Source: Chloroflexota bacterium
Lineage (GTDB): Bacteria > Chloroflexota > UBA11872 > VXOZ01
Length of the DNA stretch: 64,000 nt
NCBI GenBank assembly: GCA_965216245.1
Contig: OZ244145.1
Coordinates: forward strand, 2,572,097-2,636,096
Direction: 5' to 3'
The position numbers were made by a program, and so were the translations under genes. How positions within the stretch are numbered: the stretch's first letter is position 1; each line of letters opens with the position of its first letter. The notes beneath the pieces were generated by a model that had not been told where the DNA came from, made no database searches, and saw only the letters and a program-made list of their open reading frames with translations. Below, one piece after another: positions 42,241-52,068 of the stretch.

Positions 42241-42370
42241 TCTTAGAGGGTGAGTGAAAAGAGTATCCTCCTTCATCCTTCGACAGGCTCAGGACGAACG
42301 GATACTGCCTTTTCTGGCGGATGTTTGTTTCTTCCGTTCGTGGTGAGCCTGTCGAACCATGAGCGGCGAT
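42241..42370. repeat. Composite ~130-bp element with two family-3 hairpins. An inverted copy lies at 61950-62085.
   Basis: The reverse complement of 62025-62085 nearly equals 42241-42301. The reverse complement of 61953-61987 matches 42335-42367. Confidence 0.85.
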
Positions 42371-42393
42371 TGGCTGAGAACTTCTCACACACC

Positions 42394-43248
42394 CTAGTAG
42401 AGAGTTGTGTGTTGCTTCACTGCTGCTTCCAACTGCGCCAGAGACTCCGGGGGCACGTTAATAGCGCCTAGTTCCGCTTGGGATAGGATGCCGCCGCCGT
42501 GAAAGTCGCTGCCGCCGGTGGGAATCAAGTCTAATCGCTCTGCGATGCCTAGAATTTCCGCCTGTTGATCCGCCGTGTAGCCGGTGTAGTAGGTTTCGAT
42601 GGCGTCGAGGCCGGCCTTTGCAAGCTCGGGCACGAGTATGTCCAGGTCCACTTGATCTGCGCCTTCCACGTTGTACGGGTGCGCAAGCCCGGCCGCGGCC
42701 CCGGCCCGGTGCAGCAAGGCTACGGCTTCATCGGGCGCGAGCTTTGGCTGGTCCACGTAGGCCGGCATGCCGTGTCCGAGGAATTTGTCAAAGGCTTCGT
42801 TCGAGTTGACCACGTAGCCTTGGGCGATCATGGCCTTGGCAATGTGGGGGCGTCCCACCGCGCCGCCGTCTGCGCGCTGCAGGATGCCTTCCCAGTCAAG
42901 CGGCATGTTGAGCGCGGCCAGCTTCTCTACCATCCGCTGTGCGCGATAGAGGCGGCCGTCCCGCTGCCGCGCAATTACCGCCTGCAGCTCCGGGTGCTCC
43001 GTGTCCACGAAATAGCCCAGGATATGCACGGATTGGCCGTGCCACATAGTGTTGAACTCGATGCCGGCGATCACGCGTACGCCGCATTCCTGACCGGCCT
43101 CCTGCGCAGCGGCGACGCCGTCGGTGCTGTCATGGTCGGTAATGGCGATGCAGTCAAGCCCCGCCTCATGCGCCATCCGCACGAGATCGGCCGGAGCAAA
43201 CGCGCCGTCTGAGGCCGTGGTGTGCAGATGTAGATCAATGCCGGGCAT
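42394..43248 (-). CDS. PHP-domain phosphoesterase
   Basis: IDLHLHTTASDG start and PHP His motifs. Confidence 0.85.
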   Translation of the reverse strand: MPGIDLHLHTTASDGAFAPADLVRMAHEAGLDCIAITDHDSTDGVAAAQEAGQECGVRVIAGIEFNTMWHGQSVHILGYFVDTEHPELQAVIARQRDGRLYRAQRMVEKLAALNMPLDWEGILQRADGGAVGRPHIAKAMIAQGYVVNSNEAFDKFLGHGMPAYVDQPKLAPDEAVALLHRAGAAAGLAHPYNVEGADQVDLDILVPELAKAGLDAIETYYTGYTADQQAEILGIAERLDLIPTGGSDFHGGGILSQAELGAINVPPESLAQLEAAVKQHTTLY

Positions 43249-43399
43249 TTGAGGTATCTGTTTCGTCGGATTGCTGTGATGTTGTTGAACTTGGCCGCTA
43301 AGGCCCGCCGTTCCTATAATACACTACGGCCTGCGCCGTGAAGACTTGAAGCGGCCCACTGCAAGACTGCCCGCCAAGTGCCAACGTCACTCTAGTACC

Positions 43400-43428
43400 A
43401 AAGAGCGGGGGACAAGCCCCCGCGCTAC
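43400..43428. repeat. Family-1 hairpin AAAGAGCGGGGGACAAGCCCCCGCGCTAC
   Basis: Direct reading. Confidence 0.85.
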
Positions 43429-43527
43429 GGTTCATCCAGAGTATTAGGTGTGGCGGCGGCTGGAGCACGCTCCTAGTTTTGATCTTGAACGAGCAGCTTT
43501 GCGCACACTTTCCAGCCGGCGAGAGCG

Positions 43528-44298
43528 CTAGTCGAGTCGAACGGGAACACCTTCCAGCAGGCCGGCTTCGTGCATGGATACCCACTCGCCCATGAAGGTG
43601 TCGTTCCAGGTGTCGGTGAGGGGGTGCTCCATCATCTCTTGGAAGATGGGCCAGAAGATGATGATGCCGTCGGCGCCGTCGCGAAGGGCGGCGTAGGCGG
43701 TCTCTACGCTCCTGACGAGGGCGGCAGTGACGTAGGGGCGGTTTTCCCAGCCCGCGAACATCTGCACGCACTCGCGGACGAGCTTGGTCGGGTCGCCGCC
43801 CATTTGCTTAACCGGCTCGCAGAAGGGGAGGATGTGGGTGGCGCCCGCCTGGGCAACGGCGGCAGCCTGGGGCAGAGAGAATACGGTCGTGCAATAGGTC
43901 TCGACGCCTTCTTCCGCCAAGCGCCGGAAGGCCCCGAGCCCGTTTACGGTGCAGGGAATCTTAATGATGATCTGGTCGGACATCCGTGTGAAGAAGTGGC
44001 TGACGTCGAGCAACTCATCCGTCGAGTGGCCGTCGACTTCGACCACCACGGGCTTGTCGGTGATGTCGAGGTAGCGCTGGACGACGTCCTTGATCTGACC
44101 GTATTTCTTCACCATGTCGTTGAGGACGACGGTGTTCGTGACAATGCCGGCGGCGCCGCGGTCCATCCAGTGCTTAAGGTCTGCGGGGTCGCCTGCCAGC
44201 CAAATGGCGGGGCCTCTGCCGACGCGCCGGGCTTGCATCACGGGGCCGGTTACTACCGGTTCCACACCGTTCGTGCTGATGTTGGTCTCGGTTGCCAT
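43528..44298 (-). CDS. Transaldolase/fructose-6-phosphate aldolase family protein
   Basis: TalC/FSA-like TIM-barrel motifs (NT..LN, KIP catalytic lysine region). Confidence 0.75.
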   Translation of the reverse strand: MATETNISTNGVEPVVTGPVMQARRVGRGPAIWLAGDPADLKHWMDRGAAGIVTNTVVLNDMVKKYGQIKDVVQRYLDITDKPVVVEVDGHSTDELLDVSHFFTRMSDQIIIKIPCTVNGLGAFRRLAEEGVETYCTTVFSLPQAAAVAQAGATHILPFCEPVKQMGGDPTKLVRECVQMFAGWENRPYVTAALVRSVETAYAALRDGADGIIIFWPIFQEMMEHPLTDTWNDTFMGEWVSMHEAGLLEGVPVRLD

Positions 44299-44474
44299 GA
44301 TGCGCCTCCAGCGTGTCGTCTTGCGGTTGCAATCGGATTTCCCAAAGTATGACACATGTGGATTTAGCCGAATTTCTTCACATGGTGCCAGCTACGTCTT
44401 CCAAGCAGCCTTAGACCAGTGCGCTCTCAACCTGCCCGCCACCAATGGCGGGGCCGCCTCACTTTATTTGAAGG

Positions 44475-45491
44475 TCAATGTCCCAGCATCTCTCGGAGTA
44501 CCGGCGCGATGTGGGTGGCTATGCGGGTCATACCTGTGTCGTTGGGATGTACGCCATCTGGAGTGAGGGATGTGTCGTTGGGGCCGATGATGGTAGTGCC
44601 GTCAATGAGGCGGATCTGCGAGTCGCCGGCGACGCGTAGCTTCGCGACGACCTCGTGTTCTGCTTCCCGGAGCGCAGCCACGGTGACGCCCCGCGCATCG
44701 GGCGTGGTGTCGGTAAAGTCGCCGTGGCAACTGAGGATGCTCATAACCAGAATCGGCGTGGTCGGATGCCCGGCCCGGATGAGTTCGATGAAGTTGCGGA
44801 AGGTCTCGCGCCAGGCGGGGGCATCGAGCCAGGGCGAGACGCGCAGGTTCACGCCCATGAGGATGCTCAGCACGTCAAAACGCATCGCCGCCAGCGATTT
44901 TGCCACACCGGGCTCACCGCGCGCCCAGCCCCGGAAGCCGAGATTGAGGGGCTCCACTCCCGCCAGGCGTGCCGCCTGCGCCACGTACGTCATGCCCGGG
45001 TCGGTCGCCGTCCGGCCTTGCGTGATGGAATCGCCGTAAGCGGCCCAGACGTGCGGCGCGGGATCAACAGGTGAGAGGGTGTGACCGTCCGGTACGCCGA
45101 GCGTAATCGGCTCTAGACGCGTGACGTATGGCAGGTAGAGCGTGACCGTCTGCGCACCGTCTGCCGGCAGCGCGAATTCGACCCGAATCTCGCCCCCTGG
45201 ATTGCGTTGGTTGTTGCTGGCGACGCGTTTGTCGTTCAACCACACACTGACAACGGCCTCTTCTTCAGGCTCATGTCCGGGGTCCCAGGCGCGGAGCGTG
45301 ATCTGCGTGGCGGAGGAAGAGAAGACCAGGCGGACGCCAGCGGTGGAGAGCGCATGCTGCCACGCGCCCACGGGGTAGGTTAGGGTTTCCGCCGGATCGA
45401 GGCGCGTAGTCTGTAACCGTCCGTCGGCTATCTGGGCAAAGGGCGCGCCGCGCAGAAAAGGGAGCAATTCTTCACCGGAATACCAGCGCAT
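44475..45491 (-). CDS. SGNH/GDSL hydrolase with an N-terminal beta-sandwich domain
   Basis: GDSITQG block I. DGVHPND block V. Confidence 0.75.
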   Translation of the reverse strand: MRWYSGEELLPFLRGAPFAQIADGRLQTTRLDPAETLTYPVGAWQHALSTAGVRLVFSSSATQITLRAWDPGHEPEEEAVVSVWLNDKRVASNNQRNPGGEIRVEFALPADGAQTVTLYLPYVTRLEPITLGVPDGHTLSPVDPAPHVWAAYGDSITQGRTATDPGMTYVAQAARLAGVEPLNLGFRGWARGEPGVAKSLAAMRFDVLSILMGVNLRVSPWLDAPAWRETFRNFIELIRAGHPTTPILVMSILSCHGDFTDTTPDARGVTVAALREAEHEVVAKLRVAGDSQIRLIDGTTIIGPNDTSLTPDGVHPNDTGMTRIATHIAPVLREMLGH

Positions 45492-45625
45492 GGGGAAGAG
45501 TCCTCCTGGTGGCGCGTGGTGCGAATGTCACTTTAGACCTCAGTCACAAATGTCCTTGGGAATCTCTGGCATGTCGAACGGATTGGGATGGATTACAAAG
45601 AATCCCCTCACCCGTGCCCTCTCCC

Positions 45626-46890
45626 TGTATAGACCGGGGACATAGGTAACACATGTTCGGGGACATAGGTTACACCATAAGGCATGGAGAATCTTTTAGA
45701 TGGAGGAGGACCATGCCTTGGAAAGTGGGTACACCCATGTCTTTGCGCAAAGAGTTTATTGCTCTGGCACAATCTGACGGAGTGAACATGAGCGAGTTGT
45801 GTCGTCGCATGGAAATCAGCCGCAAGACCGGCTACAAGTGGCTGCGGCGGTACGCGCAGGCCGGAGGGCAGAGCCTTCACGATCTGCCCAGGCGCCCGCA
45901 CTCCAGTCCGCAACAGACGAGCCGGGAGATGGAGGAGCTTGTCGTAGCGTTGCGCCTGACGCATCCCACCAAGGGTGCGCATGTGCTGGCCAGGATGTTG
46001 CAGGATCGCGGCTGTGCGGGGGTGCCTGCCAAGAGCACGATCACTGCCATTCTCAGACGACATGGGCTCATCGATGAATCCGAGGCTGCCAAGCACACAC
46101 CCTATGTGCGCTTTGAACGTGCCGAACCCAACGAGCTGTGGCAGATGGACTTCAAGGGACACATTGCCGTGCAACACCACCGCTGCCATCCGTTCACCCT
46201 CCTGGACGATCACTCTCGCTTCAACCTGGCGCTGCGGGCCTGTGCCAACGAGCAGGGAAACACGGTCCAAGACCGCCTCACCCACGTCTTTCGGCGTTAC
46301 GGCTTGCCTCAGGCCATGCTGATGGACAACGGCTCCCCCTGGGGTAGCGACAGCGCTCATCCCTTTACTCCCCTCACCGTCTGGCTCATGCAACTGGGCA
46401 TCAGCGTGCACCACAGCAGACCGTACCATCCCCAAACACTCGGCAAACTGGAACGCTTCCACCGCTCACTGAAGAGCGAGTTGCTTACAGGCCGCACCTT
46501 CACCGACCTCCCCCACTGCCAACGTGCCTTCGACACCTGGCGTGACTTCTACAACTTGGAGCGCCCACACTATGCCCTGGACCTCGACACCCCGGTCAGC
46601 CGATACACGCCCAGTGGTAGACCTTTCCCCGAGGCCCTGCCCACCATCGACTACGCCCCCGACGACCACGTGCGTTCTGTGGATGTCTCCGGTCGCATCT
46701 CATTCCAGGGCAGACCACTGCGTGTGGGAAAAGCCTTCACGCATAAGCGGGTCGCGCTCAGACCCACCCAAACCGACGGCGTATGGGACGTCTATTTCTC
46801 CGTCCAACGCATAAAAACCCTAGACCTCAATGAACAAAATGTGTAACCTATGTCCCCGAACAACTGTTACCTATCTCCCCAGTCTGTACA
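45626..46890 (+). mobile_element. IS481-family insertion sequence, 1265 bp. Imperfect ~28-bp terminal IRs begin with TGT and contain nested sub-repeats. Flanked by a 5-bp direct repeat CTCCC.
   Basis: Left end TGTATAGACCGGGGACATAGGTAACACA matches the reverse complement of the right end TGTACAGACTGGGGAGATAGGTAACAGT. The inner 22-bp IR TGTTCGGGGACATAGGTTACAC is perfect. CTCCC lies at 45621-45625 and 46891-46895. Confidence 0.85.
45713..46846 (+). CDS. IS481-family DDE transposase
   Basis: N-terminal HTH (MSELCRRMEISRKTGYKWLRRY). rve core with ELWQMDF, the D..LLDDHSRF region and the LERFHRSLK E region. Confidence 0.9.
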   Translation: MPWKVGTPMSLRKEFIALAQSDGVNMSELCRRMEISRKTGYKWLRRYAQAGGQSLHDLPRRPHSSPQQTSREMEELVVALRLTHPTKGAHVLARMLQDRGCAGVPAKSTITAILRRHGLIDESEAAKHTPYVRFERAEPNELWQMDFKGHIAVQHHRCHPFTLLDDHSRFNLALRACANEQGNTVQDRLTHVFRRYGLPQAMLMDNGSPWGSDSAHPFTPLTVWLMQLGISVHHSRPYHPQTLGKLERFHRSLKSELLTGRTFTDLPHCQRAFDTWRDFYNLERPHYALDLDTPVSRYTPSGRPFPEALPTIDYAPDDHVRSVDVSGRISFQGRPLRVGKAFTHKRVALRPTQTDGVWDVYFSVQRIKTLDLNEQNV

Positions 46891-46925
46891 CTCCCCGAGG
46901 AGAGGGTTCTCTCTCTTGCGCGCCT

Positions 46926-48149
46926 TTATGTGCGGTAGTCGCTGTTGAAGATGACGTATTCGGTGGTGAGGTCGCAGCCCCAGGCGGTAGCGGTGGCGTC
47001 GCCGTCGGCCAGGTCGAGTATAAACATTGCTTCCTTCTTGTCCAGCAACGCGGAGGCGGTGTCCTCGTCGAAGTCGGTGGGCGTGCCGTTGCGGAAGAGG
47101 AGGATGTCCTCCAACCAGAGCGATGCAATGTTTGGATCGAATTCCACGCCGCTGTAACCCGCCGCGCACATGATACGTCCCCAGTTTGGGTCGGACCCGA
47201 GAAAGGCGGTCTTCACCAAGCTGGAACTCGCCACACTGCGGCCGATTATGCGGGCGGCTTCTACCGTGGCCGCTCCGCGCACTTCCACACCGAAGATCTT
47301 CGTGGCGCCTTCAGCATTGCGCACGATTCCTTTTGCCAAGCACAGCGCAACCGCGCGTAATGCGCTCTCAAAGGCTGCGCCGGCCGCGCCGCCGTCGATT
47401 TCCGGTCCCCCTGCGGCGCCGTTTGCCAGTGCCAGCACCGTATCGTTGGTCGAAGTATCGCCGTCCACACTGATCATGTGGAAAGAATCATCCACGGCTC
47501 TCTTCAGCGCTCCTTGCAGAAAGTCCCTGGCGACCGGAGCGTCTGTGGTGAGGTATGCGAGCATAGTGGCCATGTTGGGATGAATCATGGCGGCGCCCTT
47601 GCACATGCCGCCCACTGCGTAGGTGATGCCGTTGGCTTCGAACTGGGCCGCGGCTTCCTTGGGCCACTCATCGGTGGTCAGCATGGCCGTGGCCGCTTCG
47701 AGGTGGCGCTCTTTGGCCGGCGCAAGCCGGCTGATACCGTCCCGGACAATTTCCATGGGCAGTTGGCGGCCGATCACGCCGGTGGAGCAAACGAGAATTT
47801 CTTCGGCATCCACCCCAATCTGCGCTGCCAGCAGTGCCGTCATTTCCAGAGCGTTTGCCATGCCCTGGTCGCCGGTGCAGGCGTTGGCATTGCCGCTGCA
47901 GTAGACGACGCCGCGAGTCACGCCGCGATGCATGCGTTCTTGGTCGACGAGCACGGGTGCGGCTTTGACCTGATTCTTGGTGAAGACACCGGCGACAGTC
48001 GCGGGCAATTCCGATACCAGACAGCCCACGTCACGCTTTTCAATCGTCGCATCGAGTTCTTTGATGCCGCAAAACACACCGTCTGCAAGAAACCCGGCCG
48101 GGCGTGTTGCGCCCCCGGCAACCAGTCCTTCCGCGAGATCTTCTGTCAT
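46926..48149 (-). CDS. argJ: Bifunctional glutamate N-acetyltransferase/amino-acid acetyltransferase
   Basis: ArgJ motifs. ATML..L.TDA autocatalytic site region and the GCDLT C-terminal segment. Confidence 0.92.
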   Translation of the reverse strand: MTEDLAEGLVAGGATRPAGFLADGVFCGIKELDATIEKRDVGCLVSELPATVAGVFTKNQVKAAPVLVDQERMHRGVTRGVVYCSGNANACTGDQGMANALEMTALLAAQIGVDAEEILVCSTGVIGRQLPMEIVRDGISRLAPAKERHLEAATAMLTTDEWPKEAAAQFEANGITYAVGGMCKGAAMIHPNMATMLAYLTTDAPVARDFLQGALKRAVDDSFHMISVDGDTSTNDTVLALANGAAGGPEIDGGAAGAAFESALRAVALCLAKGIVRNAEGATKIFGVEVRGAATVEAARIIGRSVASSSLVKTAFLGSDPNWGRIMCAAGYSGVEFDPNIASLWLEDILLFRNGTPTDFDEDTASALLDKKEAMFILDLADGDATATAWGCDLTTEYVIFNSDYRT

Positions 48150-48438
48150 TAAAACTCTTTCCTCAATTAAGTTGTGGTTAATCGCTCATCCGTCCGATCG
48201 GGCCATGCGCTACACCCAACTGCCGTCCTTGCGAGAGTTCCTCCCGTTTACGGGCAGTGCTTTCCGCTTGCGGGCACAGCTCCCGTGCAAGGCATTGGGC
48301 GGCTAGCGGCAACGGAAAAAGGTAGGCGCAAACTGCTTGCTGCGAATTCCCCTATGATGATACACGAGACCGCTATGGGCTGCGCGGTTGTAGCGGCATA
48401 TAGCGTGAAGTGCGCGGGCTAGAGGGCAGCCAGGGGTA

Positions 48439-49200
48439 TCAAGCGGGCGTGACTTGGAGAAAATCGGCTAGCATCTCGCGCGCGTTTTCTCTAATTGGCG
48501 GGAAGTGACTAAAGCAAATGGTGGTAAAGTCCACGTCGAGGAGTTTGGCGAGCGATGCTCGGGCCAATTCAGGGTCTCGTGTAAAGAGCCATGAGGATGC
48601 CTGCATCTTGCGAAACCGGAACTGCAGCGCATCGCCGACGATGAGAACTTTCGACGATTCAACAAACAGGCAGATGCTTCCCGGGGTGTGGCCGGGCGTG
48701 TGGATGACGCGGACCTGCTTGACTGAAGGCAAATAGTCGCCGTCTTCCAGAGGATATTGCACGTCTACCGGAGGACTATTGATAAAAGAGACCGCAGAAG
48801 GCACTTGTGGGAATGCTAGGCGTCGTAGAAAGCTTGGCGCAGGTTCGTCGCCGCAAACAATTCCGACTTCGGTTCGGTGGATCGCCACTGGCGCGCCTGT
48901 CGCCTCAGCTAGTTCCGCCAGCCCGCCGGCATGATCGGGGTGACTGTGAGTCAAGGTAATGAGCCGCACCTGCTCCAGCGCGATGCCGAGCGCTCTTAAA
49001 CCCGCTTTGACGGGTTGCAGGCTTCCCCGACTGCCTACGTCAACCAGCACAACCCCGTCATCCGCTTGCAGTACGGAAACACGCGCTCCCAGCGAGCGCA
49101 CTTGATGCATGCCGGGTGCGATTGCGAAAGGTCCTAATATTGGGATGTCCCGCACCACTTGCATGCACTCCAATAGCGTTTTGGCACATACGCACTCCAA
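48439..49200 (-). CDS. MBL-fold metallo-hydrolase
   Basis: HxHxDH motif THSHPDHAGG. Confidence 0.85.
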   Translation of the reverse strand: MECVCAKTLLECMQVVRDIPILGPFAIAPGMHQVRSLGARVSVLQADDGVVLVDVGSRGSLQPVKAGLRALGIALEQVRLITLTHSHPDHAGGLAELAEATGAPVAIHRTEVGIVCGDEPAPSFLRRLAFPQVPSAVSFINSPPVDVQYPLEDGDYLPSVKQVRVIHTPGHTPGSICLFVESSKVLIVGDALQFRFRKMQASSWLFTRDPELARASLAKLLDVDFTTICFSHFPPIRENAREMLADFLQVTPA

Positions 49201-49353
49201 GGTCCGGCACCATGTGACGCCTAGAAGCCGTAACAGGTTATTCTAATTTCACGGTACCACAGTGCGGTCGAGTTTTCAGAAACCGAAGCACTGCGTATAA
49301 TACGCCGTAGAATACGCATAATCTCTACCCAATAAAGACACAAGGAGAGTGGC

Positions 49354-51831
49354 ATGCAGACGCTGAACGATCTCTTGGAGACTGCGGCAAGTCGCTACGG
49401 AGATTCGCCTGCCTTAATCATCAAGCCGGGCATCCGCGTACGCTGCTGGCAGTACCGCGAGCTTTGGGAAGCTTCCGGCCGGGTCGCAGCATTCTTACAG
49501 CGTCAGGGCATAGCTAAGGGCGACCGGGTGGTCATCTGGGCGCCGAACCGTCCGGAGTGGGTAGTGGCGCTCTTTGGCTGCCTGCGGCTCGGTGCGATTG
49601 CAGTGCCGTTCGACATTCGCAGCGCGCCGGAATTTGTCGCCGCGGTGCTTGGGCAGACGGAGCCGAAGTTTGCCTTTGTCTCTCAATTTACGCCGGAGAA
49701 TGCAGAAATCGAAGCATTGCCGCACCTGAACATTGAAGACCTGGAAGACGCGCTGGAGGGCGACAATGCCGAGCCTCCTCGTGTCGAAGTGGCGGCGGAC
49801 GACATCGCCGAGATCATGTTCACGTCCGGTACGACGGGTGCGCCCAAGGGGGTGATTCTGACCCACGGCAACATCATTTCCAACGTGGTTGCCGGTTGCC
49901 GGGAAGTAATGCCGCAACCGCACTGGCGCTTGCTCTCGCTTCTACCGCTGAGCCACATGTTGGAGCAGACGGTGGGTCTCCTTGCGGTGCTGTTTGGTGG
50001 CGGAAGAATTGTCTACCCCGTCAGCCGCCAGCCGAGCATTCTGGTGCGCACGATGCAAGAGAACGGCACCACCAGTATCGTGCTCGTGCCGCAGGCGTTG
50101 GAACTCTTCATGAACGCCATCGAGCGGCAGGCGGAACTCACCGGGAAGAAGGAGCAACTCGCGAAAATTCTCCGCATTGCGCCGCGCCTCCCAGTCTGGG
50201 CGCGGCGGAAGCTCTTCGGTCAGGTGCACCGTCGCTTCGGGGGCAAGCTGCAGTTTGTCATGTGCGGCGGCGCGCGTTTAGAACCCGCCTTGGCGGAGAA
50301 GTGGGAGGCGCTGGGCGTTATGGTGCTCCAGGGCTACGGCACGACTGAAGCGGCGCCGATCATAGCCTGCAACAGCTTTCGCTACAAGAAACTAGATGCG
50401 CTAGGCAAAGTGCTGCCGGGCCAGGAAGTTAGAATTGCGTCGGATGGCGAGATTCATACGCGCGGGCCTAACGTCACGCCGGGCTACTGGAACCAGCCGG
50501 AGATTACACAGGCTTCCTTCGAGGACGAGTGGTACAAGACCGGCGACTTGGGTTATATCGACGAAGATGGGTTCCTCTACTTCAAAGGCCGCAAGAAAGA
50601 CTTGATCGTGCTGGCCAACGGTCAGAACGTCTACCCGGAAGACATAGAGCCGCTCTTGCAGAACCTTGAGGCCGTGGAGGACGCGGTTGTCGTCGGAATG
50701 CCCAGCCCGAATGGCGGCGAGGACGTGCATGCTGTGTTGATCACTAGCGACGGCTCCGATGGCGGCCCGGTGATAGCGGCAGTCAACTCACAATTGGCTG
50801 CCCATCAGCAGATCAGGGGTTTCAGCATCTGGCCGGACGAGGAGTTCCCCCGCACACACACGCTCAAAGTAAAGAAGAACCTGGTGCTGGAGCGTCTTAT
50901 CGCCGATGCGAAAGGGCAAACGGATACCGTCGCAGCACCGGCAGAAGCTCTCATGGAAGCGCTGACTCCATTGGAACAGTTGATCGTACGCATTAGCGAT
51001 GATTCAAGTGCAGGAATTAGTGCTGAGAGCGTTCTCGGCACCGACGTCGGCCTGGATTCTCTCGGCCGTGTGGAGTTACTTTCCGCCATCGAACAGGAGC
51101 TTGGCGTTTATATCGACGAGACCCTGGTGCATCCGGAGACGACCATTGGAGATTTGGAAGCATTGCTGGCGCAGGGCAGCGCAAGTGAGAATGAACGTTT
51201 TCCAGGCTGGAGCAGAACGGCGTGGTGCCGGGCAGCGCGCTCTGCGCTGCACTATGTAATCGTCAGACCCGGCATTGCGCTGCTCTACCAAGTGCAGGTC
51301 GACGGAAGAGAAAACTTGGACGGTCTGTCGGGGCCGGTGCTCTATGCTGCAAATCACAATCTGCACGCGGATGCTGGCATGATTCTGGTAGCTCTCCCGG
51401 CGAGAATGCGCTGGCGGCTTGGCATTGCGGCGGCCGCCGACAACTACTTTACAACGGTTTCGTGGCAAATCGTTAGCCCGCTGTTGGGGAATACTTTTCC
51501 CTTTGCGCGCCAAGGCCCGGTGCGTCGCAGCCTAGAGAACCTAGGTAATTTGCTGGACGGCCGGTGGTCGGTGCTCATCTATCCGGAGGGCGATCGGACA
51601 GACGGGGAGATCAAGGCGTTTAAGCCCGGTACCGGCTTCGTTGCCATGGAGTCGCAGACGCCAGTCGTGCCAATTCGAGTCAAGCTCATAAAGCAGGGCA
51701 TTTTCGAGGGCGCAACATTTCCGACGCGCGGCAAAGTGACAGTGCAGATCGGCCAGCCGATTGTCTTCGCGCGCGGCACCGACTATCTGGAAGCAACGGA
51801 GACGCTCGAACAGGCAGTGCGAGCGCTTTAG
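49354..51831 (+). CDS. Tri-domain protein: fatty acyl-AMP/CoA ligase, phosphopantetheine-binding carrier domain, and lysophospholipid acyltransferase (PlsC/LPLAT)
   Basis: AMP-binding TSGTTGAPKGV. Carrier-domain LGTDVGLDSLGRVELL. LPLAT NHNLHAD (HxxxxD) and YPEGDRT motifs. Confidence 0.85.
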   Translation: MQTLNDLLETAASRYGDSPALIIKPGIRVRCWQYRELWEASGRVAAFLQRQGIAKGDRVVIWAPNRPEWVVALFGCLRLGAIAVPFDIRSAPEFVAAVLGQTEPKFAFVSQFTPENAEIEALPHLNIEDLEDALEGDNAEPPRVEVAADDIAEIMFTSGTTGAPKGVILTHGNIISNVVAGCREVMPQPHWRLLSLLPLSHMLEQTVGLLAVLFGGGRIVYPVSRQPSILVRTMQENGTTSIVLVPQALELFMNAIERQAELTGKKEQLAKILRIAPRLPVWARRKLFGQVHRRFGGKLQFVMCGGARLEPALAEKWEALGVMVLQGYGTTEAAPIIACNSFRYKKLDALGKVLPGQEVRIASDGEIHTRGPNVTPGYWNQPEITQASFEDEWYKTGDLGYIDEDGFLYFKGRKKDLIVLANGQNVYPEDIEPLLQNLEAVEDAVVVGMPSPNGGEDVHAVLITSDGSDGGPVIAAVNSQLAAHQQIRGFSIWPDEEFPRTHTLKVKKNLVLERLIADAKGQTDTVAAPAEALMEALTPLEQLIVRISDDSSAGISAESVLGTDVGLDSLGRVELLSAIEQELGVYIDETLVHPETTIGDLEALLAQGSASENERFPGWSRTAWCRAARSALHYVIVRPGIALLYQVQVDGRENLDGLSGPVLYAANHNLHADAGMILVALPARMRWRLGIAAAADNYFTTVSWQIVSPLLGNTFPFARQGPVRRSLENLGNLLDGRWSVLIYPEGDRTDGEIKAFKPGTGFVAMESQTPVVPIRVKLIKQGIFEGATFPTRGKVTVQIGQPIVFARGTDYLEATETLEQAVRAL

Positions 51832-51931
51832 TTCTATGTGATTCGGCGATGTTTATGCAAGGGAGCCTTCGATTCCCAGCGGCGCTCAAGCGAATCCTCG
51901 TTGCCTGAGGATCCGGTTAGGAATCCACAAC

Positions 51932-51987
51932 TGTTCGTACTGAGCCTGCCTGTCCTGAGCTTGACGAAGGGTCGAAGTATGAACGGC
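51932..51987. repeat. Family-3 hairpin (long variant CTGTTCGTACTGAGCC...GTCGAAGTATGAACGG)
   Basis: Direct reading. Confidence 0.8.
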
Positions 51988-52068
51988 GCATAGCGTGCGA
52001 TCTAGCCGGAGTTCAGGGCATTGGTGGCGGGACAATCATGGCTTCGGCGGCACCGACCGAGACCGCTG

